A stretch of DNA of 64,000 nt from Octopus sinensis (Eukaryota), in NCBI RefSeq assembly GCF_006345805.1, contig NC_042998.1, forward strand, positions 67,084,001-67,148,000, written 5' to 3'. The number at the start of each line of letters is the position of its first letter. The stretch's first letter is position 1. The notes under the pieces are model-generated. The model was not told where the DNA came from, did no database searches, and saw nothing but the letters and a program-made list of their open reading frames with translations. Shown in pieces: positions 41,678 through 53,845 of this stretch. Both the position numbers and the translations under genes were made by a program.

Positions 41678-41856
41678 TAAGCAATAAAGGGTTTAGCAAC
41701 GAATTGCCTACCACATACCGAATTTAGAAATAGCAGTCAAAGAGTTATAGCTATTTCTTCTACTAAAAAGTAGAAGAAATAGCTATAACTCTTTGACTGC
41801 TATTTCTAAATTCGGTATGTGGTAAGGCAATTCGTTGCTAAACCCTTTATTGCTTA
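41678..41856. repeat. Near-perfect 179-bp palindrome (arms ~87 bp, 4-nt loop)
   Basis: TAAGCAATAAAGGG...TTCTTCTACT-aaaa-AGTAGAAGAA...CCCTTTATTGCTTA; a single 1-nt indel between the arms. Confidence 0.95.
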
Positions 41857-43329
41857 GTATTACTTAAATTTTCTCGAATGAGGCTTTTACATGCCGAAGA
41901 CTACTTGGTGTAATTGATAATTATTCCAAATTAATTAATTTACCCTTCATTATTACGGATAACCATATATAATATATATATATATATATATATACATACA
42001 TATATCAGGAAATTATAGATGTACTGAGAGGGCATAACAGTTTATGAAACTAAGGTCGTCCTTTTGAGTTAAATTATCGAGCAAAACGATATTAAAGTAA
42101 GCCATTTAAAAAGTTATGGAATATTTACTTATGAATATTTCTCTGTATGTATATATAAATATATGTGTATGCGTGTACATGTTTAACTGTGAGCATGAAA
42201 GCACTCATACTCATTGAAGTTCATTGCTTTATTAATCGATCTGCCAATATCTTTCGTTACACATCAGTAACCTTTGCAATGACTTCCCTACGCGTGTTTG
42301 CTTTTTGGTGCTTATATTTTTTCTTTATATTGTAAGTAAATCGTAGTGTTTATATATGCTTACGCTTAACTATGATTTTGTATTTGCTAGTTATCATGTT
42401 TCTGTTTGATGTGTATAATAATTGTGATAGCGGTGTGTATGCATTACTGTGAGCATTGAAGCGTGTATGAGTGCACGTGTGTTTGACAATATTTCTGTTT
42501 AAATTTTCGGATTTTTCGTTTTGTGCTATCAACAAAATCGAATTCAATTTATTCTGGTATCAAAAGTAGATCAGTTGCAGTGATTTATGAGTGTGGGTAC
42601 AACTGGAACTGATTTTTTTTTCTCCTCTTTCTGACGATTTCCTGTGTATAGATGGCTGTCACAATTGAAACTATGTCTGTCTTAACGCTAGACATTGTAT
42701 TGCATTTTTAATTCTCTTATTGTATTTTGTATGCTTACGTGTTCGCAGACTGAAATTGTATCATACTTATCGATTTTGTTTCTGTAACAGGAGCATATTT
42801 TTATATTAACTCATTTTTTATTTATCGTTTTATTGCGTTATTGTAAAACAGGCCACTCAGTTTTTCCTAATGTGTATGACTCTACCTACCAAAATAATGA
42901 CATATTCCGTAATTTAACATATTCACGGCTCGTGTAGGTGTATGGACTGTATTCCTGTCGCAACATAATTTACTCAGTCTTCGTACATTTGAAGAGTGTT
43001 TCGGTAAGGTGGATATTTATTACCCCCGTATATAGCAATAACTGATATCTAATATCCGGAGTACACTAAGAAGTCTTTCTTGTATCGACTTATATCTCAC
43101 GATTTGCAATATTTCTAGCCTACTTTGTAGTATTCATTAGCAATCCCATTCAGCAATCCTCGGGGTAGATACAGTGACAATTGTGTAAAAACCGCGGATG
43201 TCGTCAGGTGGCCATAGTCCGTGAACGTACCTCTTGAGGTACATACTAGGTACATACCCAATGCTTAAATATTTATTTACATATTTTATAATATATACGT
43301 ATTATATACGTACATTGTCACAAGGAAGT

Positions 43330-44430
43330 ATATGTTCATGCAACCCACAAGAACAGACACCCCCATACACCTCCAAAACACTATCTCCACCCAGGTAACC
43401 CGGTTAATCGGATTAAACGAACTAAACCCAGACGTTATCTGGTTCCATCCCCCGTCCCCCTTCGCCCTTAAAGTCCAAACTCGAGTACCCAAACTCTCGA
43501 TCGCCCTACTCGAAAAGCATTTCCCTAATTCTAGCCCCCTTAGATAAATACCCCCGATCTATAAAACTGTCCAACTCCACCACCACCACCACCAACAACT
43601 TTGCTGGAGTTATCCGACATCTTAACAACAAGAAACTCCGAAATCCACAACCAACTAACAACCACCCTAATAAATTAATTCCAGGTAACTCCAGCTCCAT
43701 ACATATAAACCTAATACGCTAATTGATGTCCTTAACAACAACTATAATGCCTCTGCTAACACCCGATCCATTAATTTGCTACAAGCCCAACTATATCACC
43801 TGTGAAAGTAGAGAACAACACAGAGGATACTGCCGGACACAATAATTATCATACCATACAACCCAACAACACCACACTCAACTCCTTAACAAATGCTAAT
43901 CTTAACACCAGGAATAATAACGAACCGAACAGCGATTCCACATTAAATAACAATCCCCTGACAAGTTCATTCGGAACACACCCTGCAAACATGTGTAGTA
44001 CAGACGCCCAATCTCCTGTCCTCTATATAACCGCTGTCTCACAAAAATCATAGTTTATGAATGCACAGTATTAACTGCCAACCGTAACTACATTTATATC
44101 GACTCATGTAGTGCCACCTTTAAAGCTAGAGTGAATAACCACTACTCCAGCTTCAAGTCCCAAACAAAATCTAACAGCACATCGTTATCTCAACTTATCA
44201 GTAAACCAACCCTTGATTCAACTCCTCACACTCTCAAGTGGTCCATAGTCATCCACGCCAAGCTTTACAGAAGCTATAGAAACAAGTGTGATCGCTGCAT
44301 AGCCGAGGTCTTGGCTATTTTGCAAATCCCGTTTATAAGCGTTTGCGTTTATTGGGACAATAAACGCAGTAGTATAATATTCTCCCGCAGACATCGGTCA
44401 CTAAATCTATTCTCAAAATACAAATAGTTA
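43330..44430 (+). mobile_element. Penelope-like element relic (linker plus GIY-YIG endonuclease C-terminus)
   Basis: DVIWFHPPSPFALKVQT...LLEKHFP, ATFKARVNNHYSSFK, LKWSIVIHAK.Y...KCDRCIAE, NKRSSIIFSRRHR. These resemble the Penelope WFNPP..KHFP, TFK.RY.NH..SF, WSI..A.PY...C.LCL.E and NKRSE....CRH motifs. Confidence 0.75.
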
Positions 44431-45563
44431 CAACCCCCACCCCGATCTTTTCTCCCCTAATCTTCATGCAATTTTTCCCTCTTATCCACCATCATTACCA
44501 CAATGTATTAAACAAACAATATGTCTCCCTTGTAATTCCTTGATCGTCAGTTACAAACATCTCTATGTATTTTACCTTAAAACCTAACAAAAATTTGTTT
44601 CCTTTTATTTCAACTCCCACCTGCCCACTCTATCCTTAAACTTACAAGCACATACGCCAACATATCTCCATCACTTCATGCTATGTTGTTTATTTTTGTT
44701 GCTTTTGTTTTTTTTATAATACTTCCCCTGTGGTTCGGCCAAAAATGCTCTTTGAATACCAACAGTTATATAACTGTGCTTAAATTCCTCACTCTACTTT
44801 GCTTTATTCATACACAATTTCCTTCTCCTCCACAACGAAAAATATTTCCCCATCAGTTCCCTCCAAATTATCTTTTCTTCAAATACTTCTCCCCTTACCA
44901 AATTCTGTGATCCAGCGAAAACAACTCTAGTATTTACTACGCGTCAACTGACCCTGCTTAAATTCCTCCTTCTTTTCACTCCCTTATATTTTCTTCTTTC
45001 TTCCCTTCTTCTGATACTTATTTCTCCCCACATTTATATACTCCTCTTATACTGCACCCTCTGCACATTCTGGTTGAATCGTCCTTGCATCAACATGTAC
45101 ATCTTTGCGACAATGTAATTTTTAATCTAATCAAGATATCCTTGACCAGGAGAGTACCCGGCGGTATACACCACGCTTGGATTTTACCACTTTTAAGATT
45201 ACGCTCGCTATGAAACATACGTAGCCCGAATCTTTCCTACTCCATTCCGTAACTCTTGTATTCTTATTCGCACATCAGGCGAGCCTGGTCACCTACCGTG
45301 GAATATGGAAAAAAAAATTTTTTAATTATTATTCTTCGATACGAAAATAATCTACAACGTTCCATCTCAATAAACCACTATCGTCCCTGAAAGTTGCTTT
45401 TTTTCTATACACTACGGATTGCTTGGAGCTACCTTTCTTCCTACACCTCGGTCCCTGGATTTTACATTTTTATACATACATACACACACACTCACACGCA
45501 TACACACGTATATAAGTATATATATATATATATATATAACTTGTTGCAAAAAGCCCTTTATTG

Positions 45564-45620
<57 letters not shown>

Positions 45621-46639
45621 ATGTATGTATATATATATATATATGCCATATATATATATATATCTGTGTGTGTGTGTATGGAGGGGAGGTCTGCAATTGC
45701 TTAAATTTGATGGCCAACAGTCACTACTCAGAATGTTGTAGTCGGAATAATAACAAGTTGCCAGAAACGCTAAGTATTCAAGAGCCCACTCATTAAGTTG
45801 GAAGGAATGGTCTATACTACACGGCGTACATATATTCGCTACTGTCTCACTTTATGTGCGCGCATGTGCGTGTGTGTGTTAGCGCATGTGTGTGTATATC
45901 ACCTTCCTACATGCACATAAATTGACACAGAACATGAAAGGGCGATAGTTATATAGAAACCGACTAAGAGAAAAAAAGAAAGGGGGAAAATAAATAAAAC
46001 AGAAATTCGTTGATAAAGAAATCCCTCCTAAGCCGAAATATCTATATAGCTTTTATTTCCTGTGGAGATTAATATAGAGCGGCATAAACAAACATTTCCT
46101 TTATGTTTATGTGACTTACCTTTTAAATAATGCGACGTGCTGTTCCATATCTATGTGTAAGCATCTATTATAGATGCGCATAAAAATGAATTTGTTCGCA
46201 GCTTTACTTGTTTCAAGTAAATACAGAATTAATGGCCGAAGGCTCAGACATGTTCTCAGTCTGTGTAAATATAATCGTCTTTATCTATCTCTAAGCACGT
46301 CACTAGCATCTGGCTTCATTGATCTCCCCGGGTTAAATGTTTTTAATTGAAGTCTTTACACATTCTGATGCTATTTGTATTCCAACCCTTCCAGCTAATC
46401 CCTCATTAACTGTCGTATTTTGCAGAGAGTCTGATATAATACTTTCTATAGACAATGCTGGCATTTTATATATTTCATGGTGAAGGGAACTAAATAAATC
46501 TGGTTTAATATATGTATGCATTATATTTATAGGATACTTCTTTATATCCGTGAGTATGCTGTATATTCTTTTCGTAATATTTTAAAACATATTACGAGCA
46601 TATTTGCGATCGCTTAAATCTATTCATAGACCGTCGTAA

Positions 46640-46760
46640 AAATAAACACGTCACTTTATTCACTGTCTGAGTTCAAATCCCGCCATCGTTCTCTTTTTAT
46701 CAAATCCATCCAGGTTCGATCAAAGAAACGACAAAATGTAATTCGTGGACATTTTATTGA
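46640..46760 (+). mobile_element. Old SINE family B fragment
   Basis: CTGAGTTCAAATCCCGCC...GGTTCGATC. Confidence 0.45.
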
Positions 46761-46934
46761 TAATCTATCCTCTGTTGAGGAGTATTTTTTATGTTTATCT
46801 TAAAAAATCAACAGTTTAAATATAATGCGAGTATTAATATTTCGAATACAAGAATTCAAAAAATACCCAGGGCCCTAACGATTTTCCATCTCGAAGCCTT
46901 AATAAAGGCTGTGTTATTTGCCACAAATATCACA

Positions 46935-47110
46935 CAATATATTTGCTAGTACGCTAGTACGCCAGGCAAAATGCCTGGCGAATTTCGCCCGTCTTTACGC
47001 CTTGAGATTAATTTGCATTTCTGTCTTTCGGATACCAGTTGAGCACTGGTCGATCTAATCGACGCAGTCCCAACCCTGAAATTGCTTGTCTTGTACCAAC
47101 ATTTGAAACC
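46935..47110 (+). mobile_element. SINE family B, internally deleted
   Basis: GCTAGTACGCCAGGCAAAATGC...ACCAGTTGAGCACTGGTCGATCTAATCGAC...GTACCAACATTTGAAACC. Confidence 0.7.
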
Positions 47111-48015
47111 AGTCAGGTTTGGCAGACACACCTGATGAATATTGGAAAGCATTTTTTGCTATGGGTAACACTCACAGGTGACGCTCCTTGTGCTTTATTT
47201 ATTTGCTGTATGGATTGGTTTCCTTGAGTCATTGAGATATTCTATTTTTGTCTTAGTTGGAATTTGCGAGATAAGCGTAATATCGTACTTCTCAGGACAC
47301 TGAGATCCTTAATTTAGTTGAGTTGTTGAATTAAGACTCTTAAAACAATTGACGCTTATAGTTATCATCCAAGTTTAAGATATCTGACTGAAACAGGAAA
47401 ACAAATCAATCGCAGTATAACGATATGAAAATGCTGGAAATATATACTGAAGATCTTCAGGTTAATAAACCCGTAATGCATAATTTTATGAGAAAAGTAT
47501 TTAAAAAATTATGAATTCAAATCTGCAATAATACACCGAATTGGAATACATTGAGAGCACAAATAAATTGTAAAATTTAGAATGCATAGAAATATAAAAT
47601 TTAAAGTCATATAATGTATCTGATCGAGAACTACTAAACAACAATGGGGAAACAACAATAGGAAAATATGATCAGAGAAAGAGTGAAATTTGAAAGAGTA
47701 ACCAATTAACAGCGAGAAATTGATAGATACAGAAAAGGGTAGAGAGAGAAAAACGGAAAGAGAGAGAAGTTACGGATAGAGAGGAAATGAAAGAGCATTC
47801 AGCATTCAGCAGACCACGAACATAAAAGCGTCGCCAAACATTACAATCAATAGACACCGAATTGCTTCACCAAAACTGATGTACTCTGTATATTCTGTGA
47901 ACAGTCGTATTTATTATTACACTATTCAAATGAAAGACATCCTAATACAAAAAGAAAAACACAAAAATACTCACCCATAAACACATATACACACACAAAC
48001 ACACACACACACATG

Positions 48016-48054
<39 letters not shown>

Positions 48055-48134
48055 TATATATATAAATATATATATATATAGATAGATAGATATACATATA
48101 CATATACACAGACACATATATATACACATATATT

Positions 48135-48209
<75 letters not shown>

Positions 48210-48919
48210 TATAGATAGATAGAAATATTTTTTTGTCTGTTTGGTGTATGCGCGTATATATGTGTTTGTGTGTGTGAGTGCGTGTGTGAGTGTGTGTGTG
48301 TGTGATTCATAATGCACAAATTGACACTCAGTGTAGGTGTGTCTGTGTGTGTGCGCGTGTATGTATACACTGTATACACACTTAAGCACATATGCTAGGA
48401 TGTATTTTTGAAAGATAGGAAACCGAAGCCAGATAGCAGAGCAATTCTTCGTCTGCGTTTTGATTTAATATTGACTGTCATTACTTGCAATACACCCAAA
48501 ATATATATTTATTTATAAGTTTCATATTCACATAAGTTTAATTTGTTAACTCTATTGAAACCTTTCATTGCTGCACTTCGCTATAGGTTTCTATATGAAT
48601 ATTCATTTACGAATGTAATCATATATGCACATTCTCATATACAACCAACCATATGTAACACGTAACATATATATATATTTGCACCGCCCAAACACCCACA
48701 CATACATATATATATATATAATTCTTTACTATATATATATATATATATAATATATATATATATTTGTCTTTAGCTAAATTGATATATAAAAATAGTTTAA
48801 TATTAAAGTGAAATGTCTATCAATGCACAGTCAATAGTGTACATATATGTCTGCTTTTTTATATATGTTTCTGTGTTTGTGCTTGTGTGTGTGAGTGCGT
48901 ATGTGTGTGCTTGGGTCTG

Positions 48920-48962
<43 letters not shown>

Positions 48963-49003
48963 GTGTGTGCGTGTATATGTATGTGATTAGAAAAAAACAG
49001 GTC

Positions 49004-49048
49004 AAGAGTGAATTCACAATTTCGGCATAATAGCCCTCGTCAGACTTT
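49004..49048 (-). ncRNA. Degenerate orphan hammerhead motif
   Basis: Minus strand AAAGT-CTGACGA-G-GGC-tattat-GCC-GAAA-TTGTGAATT-C-ACTCTT. Core and stem II intact; stems I and III imperfect. Confidence 0.4.
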
Positions 49049-50084
49049 GGTTTACTATGATATTTCACACTTTATGTAGATAGTATTAAGGTGTTTCATC
49101 GATATGTGGATTAATGTATTTGGATATTAGGCGTGATATAAACAAACCAGGATAATGATTTTGTAGGAAAGGGGAAGAAGGTCTGTGGAAATGAATACGC
49201 TTGTACGTTAAATGAGTCTAGAAGATCTATTGGAAGAACCTCTTTTCTGATTCCATAAAGATGTTTGTTATTCTTTCCTTTCGGAGAGTCATGTAGGTAA
49301 GAGGGTAAAGTAAATTTTACGTATCAGATATTTCATATTCAGACCATCATGATTTGAATGTGCTAAAATTTGTGCTACATCCGATGAAGTGTCTTTGTAT
49401 AAGAGATGGCGCTTTGCTATTTATAGTTCATAGAATACTATCTATAAATGATAGAAGTTCAAATTGTCATGAAGCTAGGGTCACAGAGAAGTCCAAGCTA
49501 GTTTAGATATTAGAAGATTCAGATTTAGAAATAGGGAATATTTTCATGACTGTCTGATATAGATAATGCGCATATAAATTGTTGCTGTGTTTTAATAATA
49601 TGATTTCAATATTATTGCGTATAGATACGTTCATATAAACAGATACAAGTATGTAACTGTATATCTAGATTTTCATATTATCGATTTTCACTTTTGTTTT
49701 ATGAAACAATAACATTGATATTGACTAATATTTTCTCTACTTAATATTCTTTCATATATATATATATATGTCCGCATGGGGTAAAGAATAAGGAAGCATA
49801 GCAAAAAAAAAAGAGACGGATAGGTAAGGTCCACCAATGATATGACCAAAAATACATCTGCGTCATGTTCTCCAATGCTACCCTTGGTGGCAAACTAACT
49901 TATCATTTTAGAAAATCCTTAGGTGAAAGAAATCTACGGATTAAAGTAGTATAAAGACCAGGAGCTTCTATAAATTGCCTGATCTGTAAAACATAACCTG
50001 TTTAAACTATCCCCCTGCGAGGATCAGAACAGTATATTGTGTGCAGTAAGCACATATATAATCTGTAAAACTCGTTTATCTGTA

Positions 50085-50230
50085 TGTGTGTGTGGTTGTC
50101 CCCCACCACCGATTGAGAATAGATGTTGATCTGGTCATGTCCCCGTAATTTAGCTGTCCACCAAAAGCGACCGATACAATAAGTGCGACGCTTAGAAATA
50201 CCATGGGGTTCAATCAGCCGGGGATTTATA
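50085..50230 (+). mobile_element. SINE family A 3' half
   Basis: GTTGTCCCCCACCACCG...ATGTCCCCGTAATTTAGC...CGATACAATAAGT. Confidence 0.6.
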
Positions 50231-50251
50231 TAAACATATATGCCAGCCATT

Positions 50252-50293
<42 letters not shown>

Positions 50294-50842
50294 ATTGAGG
50301 TAATCAGATCAGATGGTTCATATTTGTAGATATTTATTTATATATTACATTTTTTACATATATATCATATCATTCGGATTAGCGCTTGCTCCCATTCTAG
50401 TGGGTTTTCAAATCAAATCAGTTGTGGGTAGTTTGAACCTTTTTATAGTTTCGTAGTAGTGGGTGAGGAGGAAGTGAGACAGAGAGAAAATATGTGTGTA
50501 TGTGTGTGTGTGTGTGTGTGCGTGTGTGTGTGTGTGTGTGCGCATTTATATCTGAGAGTGAAGGAGTGTTATTTCCGTTGGTCTGCTGGACCCCCTGTGG
50601 TTTTATAAGAACTTTGGCTGTCCATTTCAATGTCACTGAGTGTGTGTTGTGCATAGGTTGGCCTGGCAAATGTCATTTGGGGTCACACTTTCTATGATCA
50701 TTCTGTGGAGGTGTGTGTGTGTGTGTGTCTCTGTGTGTCTGTGTGTGTTTTTGTGTGTGTGTGTGTGTGTGTGGTGTTATGTGTGTTGTGTGTGTGTGTG
50801 TGTGTCTGTGTGTTTGGAGAAGGGGAGAGAGACAAAAAGAGA

Positions 50843-51015
50843 AAAGGAAAATAAAAATAATAATAATAAAAATAAAAAATTAAAAAATTAAAAAAATAAA
50901 TAAAATAAAAATAAAAATAAAAACAAAAAATAAAAATAAAAATAAAAAATATAAGAATAAATAAAAATATAAAGAATAAATAAAAAATAAAAATAAAAAT
51001 AAAAATAAAAATAAG
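50843..51015. repeat. (TAAAAA)n-like A-rich tract
   Basis: Visible tract. Confidence 0.85.
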
Positions 51016-51315
51016 GGAGAAGTGGAGAAGAAAAAATATTTTTATGTGTTGATATTTATACCAACACATATATATACACACACACAGACTTATACATAAA
51101 ATATTTGAAAAAACCTTTTTATCGGTTCAAAATGAACAACCAAATTATACCATCTTGAAAGTTGTATGTCATAGGAAAGTTAAAACTAAAGTGACAATTA
51201 AGGGTAAAGATGGAAGTGAATTATAAAGATAATAATATAATATGATGTATATAACAGGCAATACACACATCTACACGCACACAGATTTTTCCTTCAATGT
51301 ATGTTGAGTAAAGTT

Positions 51316-51686
51316 TCAGCCATTTAATTTGGGGGAGAACTTAGCTATGAAATGTTTTTCCATATTCCTCCTGAAGGGGTGTCATTCTTCGGACACTTGT
51401 AGAAGGGAAATATCTTAATTTTCCTTGTCCACATGTAGCTAGGTGTGTGCTTAGTGGTATTTTGCGTAGTTCTTCCTGCCGAATATGTTGTCGGTGGATC
51501 CTGGTCGCTGGCACAAAGAATTACCAGTTTCTCCTACGTAATTCTCCTTGCATGTGGGGCAGGTTATGCAGTATATGACGTTCTGCGTCTTGCAGTTCAT
51601 ATCTGCATTTACTTTGAATATGACACCATTTTTAAATCTTATCTCTCTGTTGCTCTCTATGTATTTGTAGGTGGGGTTGCTGCAGG

Positions 51687-51690
<4 letters not shown>
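51316..51690 (-). mobile_element. Penelope-like element GIY-YIG endonuclease fragment
   Basis: CKTQNVIYCITCPTCKENYVGETGNSLCQR, then after a frameshift RIHRQHIRQEELRKIPLSTHLATCG..IFPFYKC..EKHFIAKFSPKLNG*. Confidence 0.88.
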
Positions 51691-51726
<36 letters not shown>

Positions 51727-51799
51727 TAAATGAATGAAATATATGCATATATACATACATATATGTACGTACCTATTTCTAAATGTATATATACATGCA

Positions 51800-52440
51800 T
51801 ATATGGGTACAGGACACCAAAAAAACGTCGAGCACAATGAGAAACGAAAACATAAACACAAAACCAAGGAAATGGACATTTTTTTAAAAACAACGAAAAA
51901 ATAGAGTACAGGACATACAAACCAAGGAAAATTCCCCTTCTTCAGTCGCCTTAATTTCATCTACTCCATGTTTCGAAGGTCAAGGCGATACACATATTCA
52001 ATGAAATTTTCCTTCCCGCGAAAATCAAATTAAATAAAATTTGAGATTTTTTGCGGAGGGGTAAAAATGGTAACAAAAACAGGATAGTAACGACAGTACA
52101 AAATACAAACAGTAAAAGACAGGACACGGAGAATAACAGTAACACAAACAAGAAGGGCTGTTAAGCAAAACGAGATAAAAAATGTTTACGAACGCTATTG
52201 TTTGAGACGCGAGAGAGAACAGATTAACGTCTCTACTTGACGGGGTCCAAGAAAGAAAAGGCAGAAATAGCTGTCTCATCATGTGACCGCGACGGGAGGG
52301 AGGAGGAGGAGTAAGAGAAGGGGAGAGAAAAAAAGAGAGAAAAGAAGGGGAATGGTGGTAGAGAAAAAGAAAAGAATGAAGAATGAGAATCAGAGAGAGA
52401 GACAGTAAGTGGAAGAAAAGGAAAGCCCAAATAATAATAA
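51800..52440 (-). mobile_element. Probable Penelope-like 3' UTR/pLTR segment upstream of the GIY-YIG fragment
   Basis: Pyrimidine-rich minus-strand UTR-like sequence carrying HHR core motifs; adjacent to and co-oriented with the GIY-YIG fragment. Confidence 0.5.
51934..51995 (-). ncRNA. Candidate permuted (pseudoknotted) hammerhead ribozyme
   Basis: Minus strand ATGTG-TA-TCGCCTT-ga-CCTTC-GAAA-CATG-(14 nt)-AAGGCGA-CTGAAGA-A-GGGG. All core nucleotides present; 7-bp Watson-Crick stem I in exact register. Confidence 0.5.
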
Positions 52441-52469
52441 TTATATAAATACATACATATGTATATACA

Positions 52470-52630
<161 letters not shown>

Positions 52631-53791
52631 TCGGCGAGGAAGGGCGAATGGCACCGCGAGTGCCGCGTTGCTCTAAAGCAACTCTGCCGTCCTGGGTCAA
52701 CCTTGAGTGACTCCATCACAACCAAAGCATTCTATAGGGGATTAGTGAAGGGGAGATACGACGACGAGCTCGGGGCGAACCTGGACGTCGGCGAGGAATA
52801 CCTGACCCGCCTGTTTGGGACGACTTTCGGGCCAGGGCCCATGGACAACTTCCAGAGATCCCTCGCCTGGAAGTGTTACCGAGAAGCGCTACCCGTTCGG
52901 AATAAGCTCTACAGACACGGCTCGAGAAACACGGGGCCGACCTGCCCGAGATGCGGTCAGAGCGACGAAACCGTTCTGCACGCACTCGTGCAGTGTCCAA
53001 CAATTTCCGACCTGTGGGCTTATGTCGAACAACTGCTGCCACGTGTGGGACGATTCGGTTTATCAGCTCTGTCTATCGTCAATATTGTCACGCCTCCTTC
53101 CTTCAAACGGGAAGGAAGAGCTATTTTCATCATCCTTGTGGCTATGGCGAAAGAATGTGTCTGGTGGACGCGTCTGAAAGGATTGGAGACAAACACTTTC
53201 CTCTCTGGTCAACCTCTCATCAACTCCTTCAAGTACCACTTGAAAAGGAAAGTGAGAGTAGAGAGGCAAGTTTTGTCTAGCGAACGTTTTAAAAAAAGAT
53301 GGGTGAACGTAGCAAGTATGGCACGTATGAATGACGAAGCCACCTTGAGCATAATCCTATGAACCCAGAAATTGAAAACAGAGGGTTACCCACTTGCAAA
53401 AAAATGTGGTAACATATAACAATATTGACCAAGGTTACCGTGGTCTTTTTCGTAGGCTTTTCTTTCCACGGATAAACCTTACTTGCCTTTCCCTTTACAC
53501 CATACATCATGACACTGTGATACACGATCCTTTTTGATCGTTTTCTTTTCCTCTTCCCCTTTTTTCTTCTTTTTTCATTTTTCTTTTCCTTTGTTCCTTT
53601 TCCCTTTTTTCTTTTTTCTTTTCCTTTTTTTTGTTCTTTTTTCCCTTTTACGATCCCTTTTGATCGAAAACCTATGCCAACTTTTTTATATTCTTTTGTT
53701 TTTTGTTTTGTTTTTTCATCCTCCAAAAGAAAAGCTCTACCTTGTAACTTGTCCCATCCGTGTGCAGCCCTGTGTGGACAATAAAGAAACT
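52631..53791 (+). mobile_element. Tx1/L1-clade non-LTR retrotransposon, 5'-truncated (ORF2 C-terminus with zf-RVT-type CCHC, 3' UTR, AATAAA)
   Basis: Frame is open from the truncation point (52631) to the stop at 53362. RSLAWKCYREALPVRNKL, CPRCGQSDETVLHALVQC, AKECVWWTR. AATAAA at 53780-53785, then (TATC)(TA)n. Confidence 0.88.
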
Positions 53792-53801
53792 TATCTATCT
53801 A

Positions 53802-53845
<44 letters not shown>

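Noticed and set aside
42625-42685. CTGACGA...GAAACTATGTC
   Set aside because: Stems I and II do not pair.
47125-47155. CTGATGAATATTGGAAAG
   Set aside because: No stem II and no NUH or stem I.
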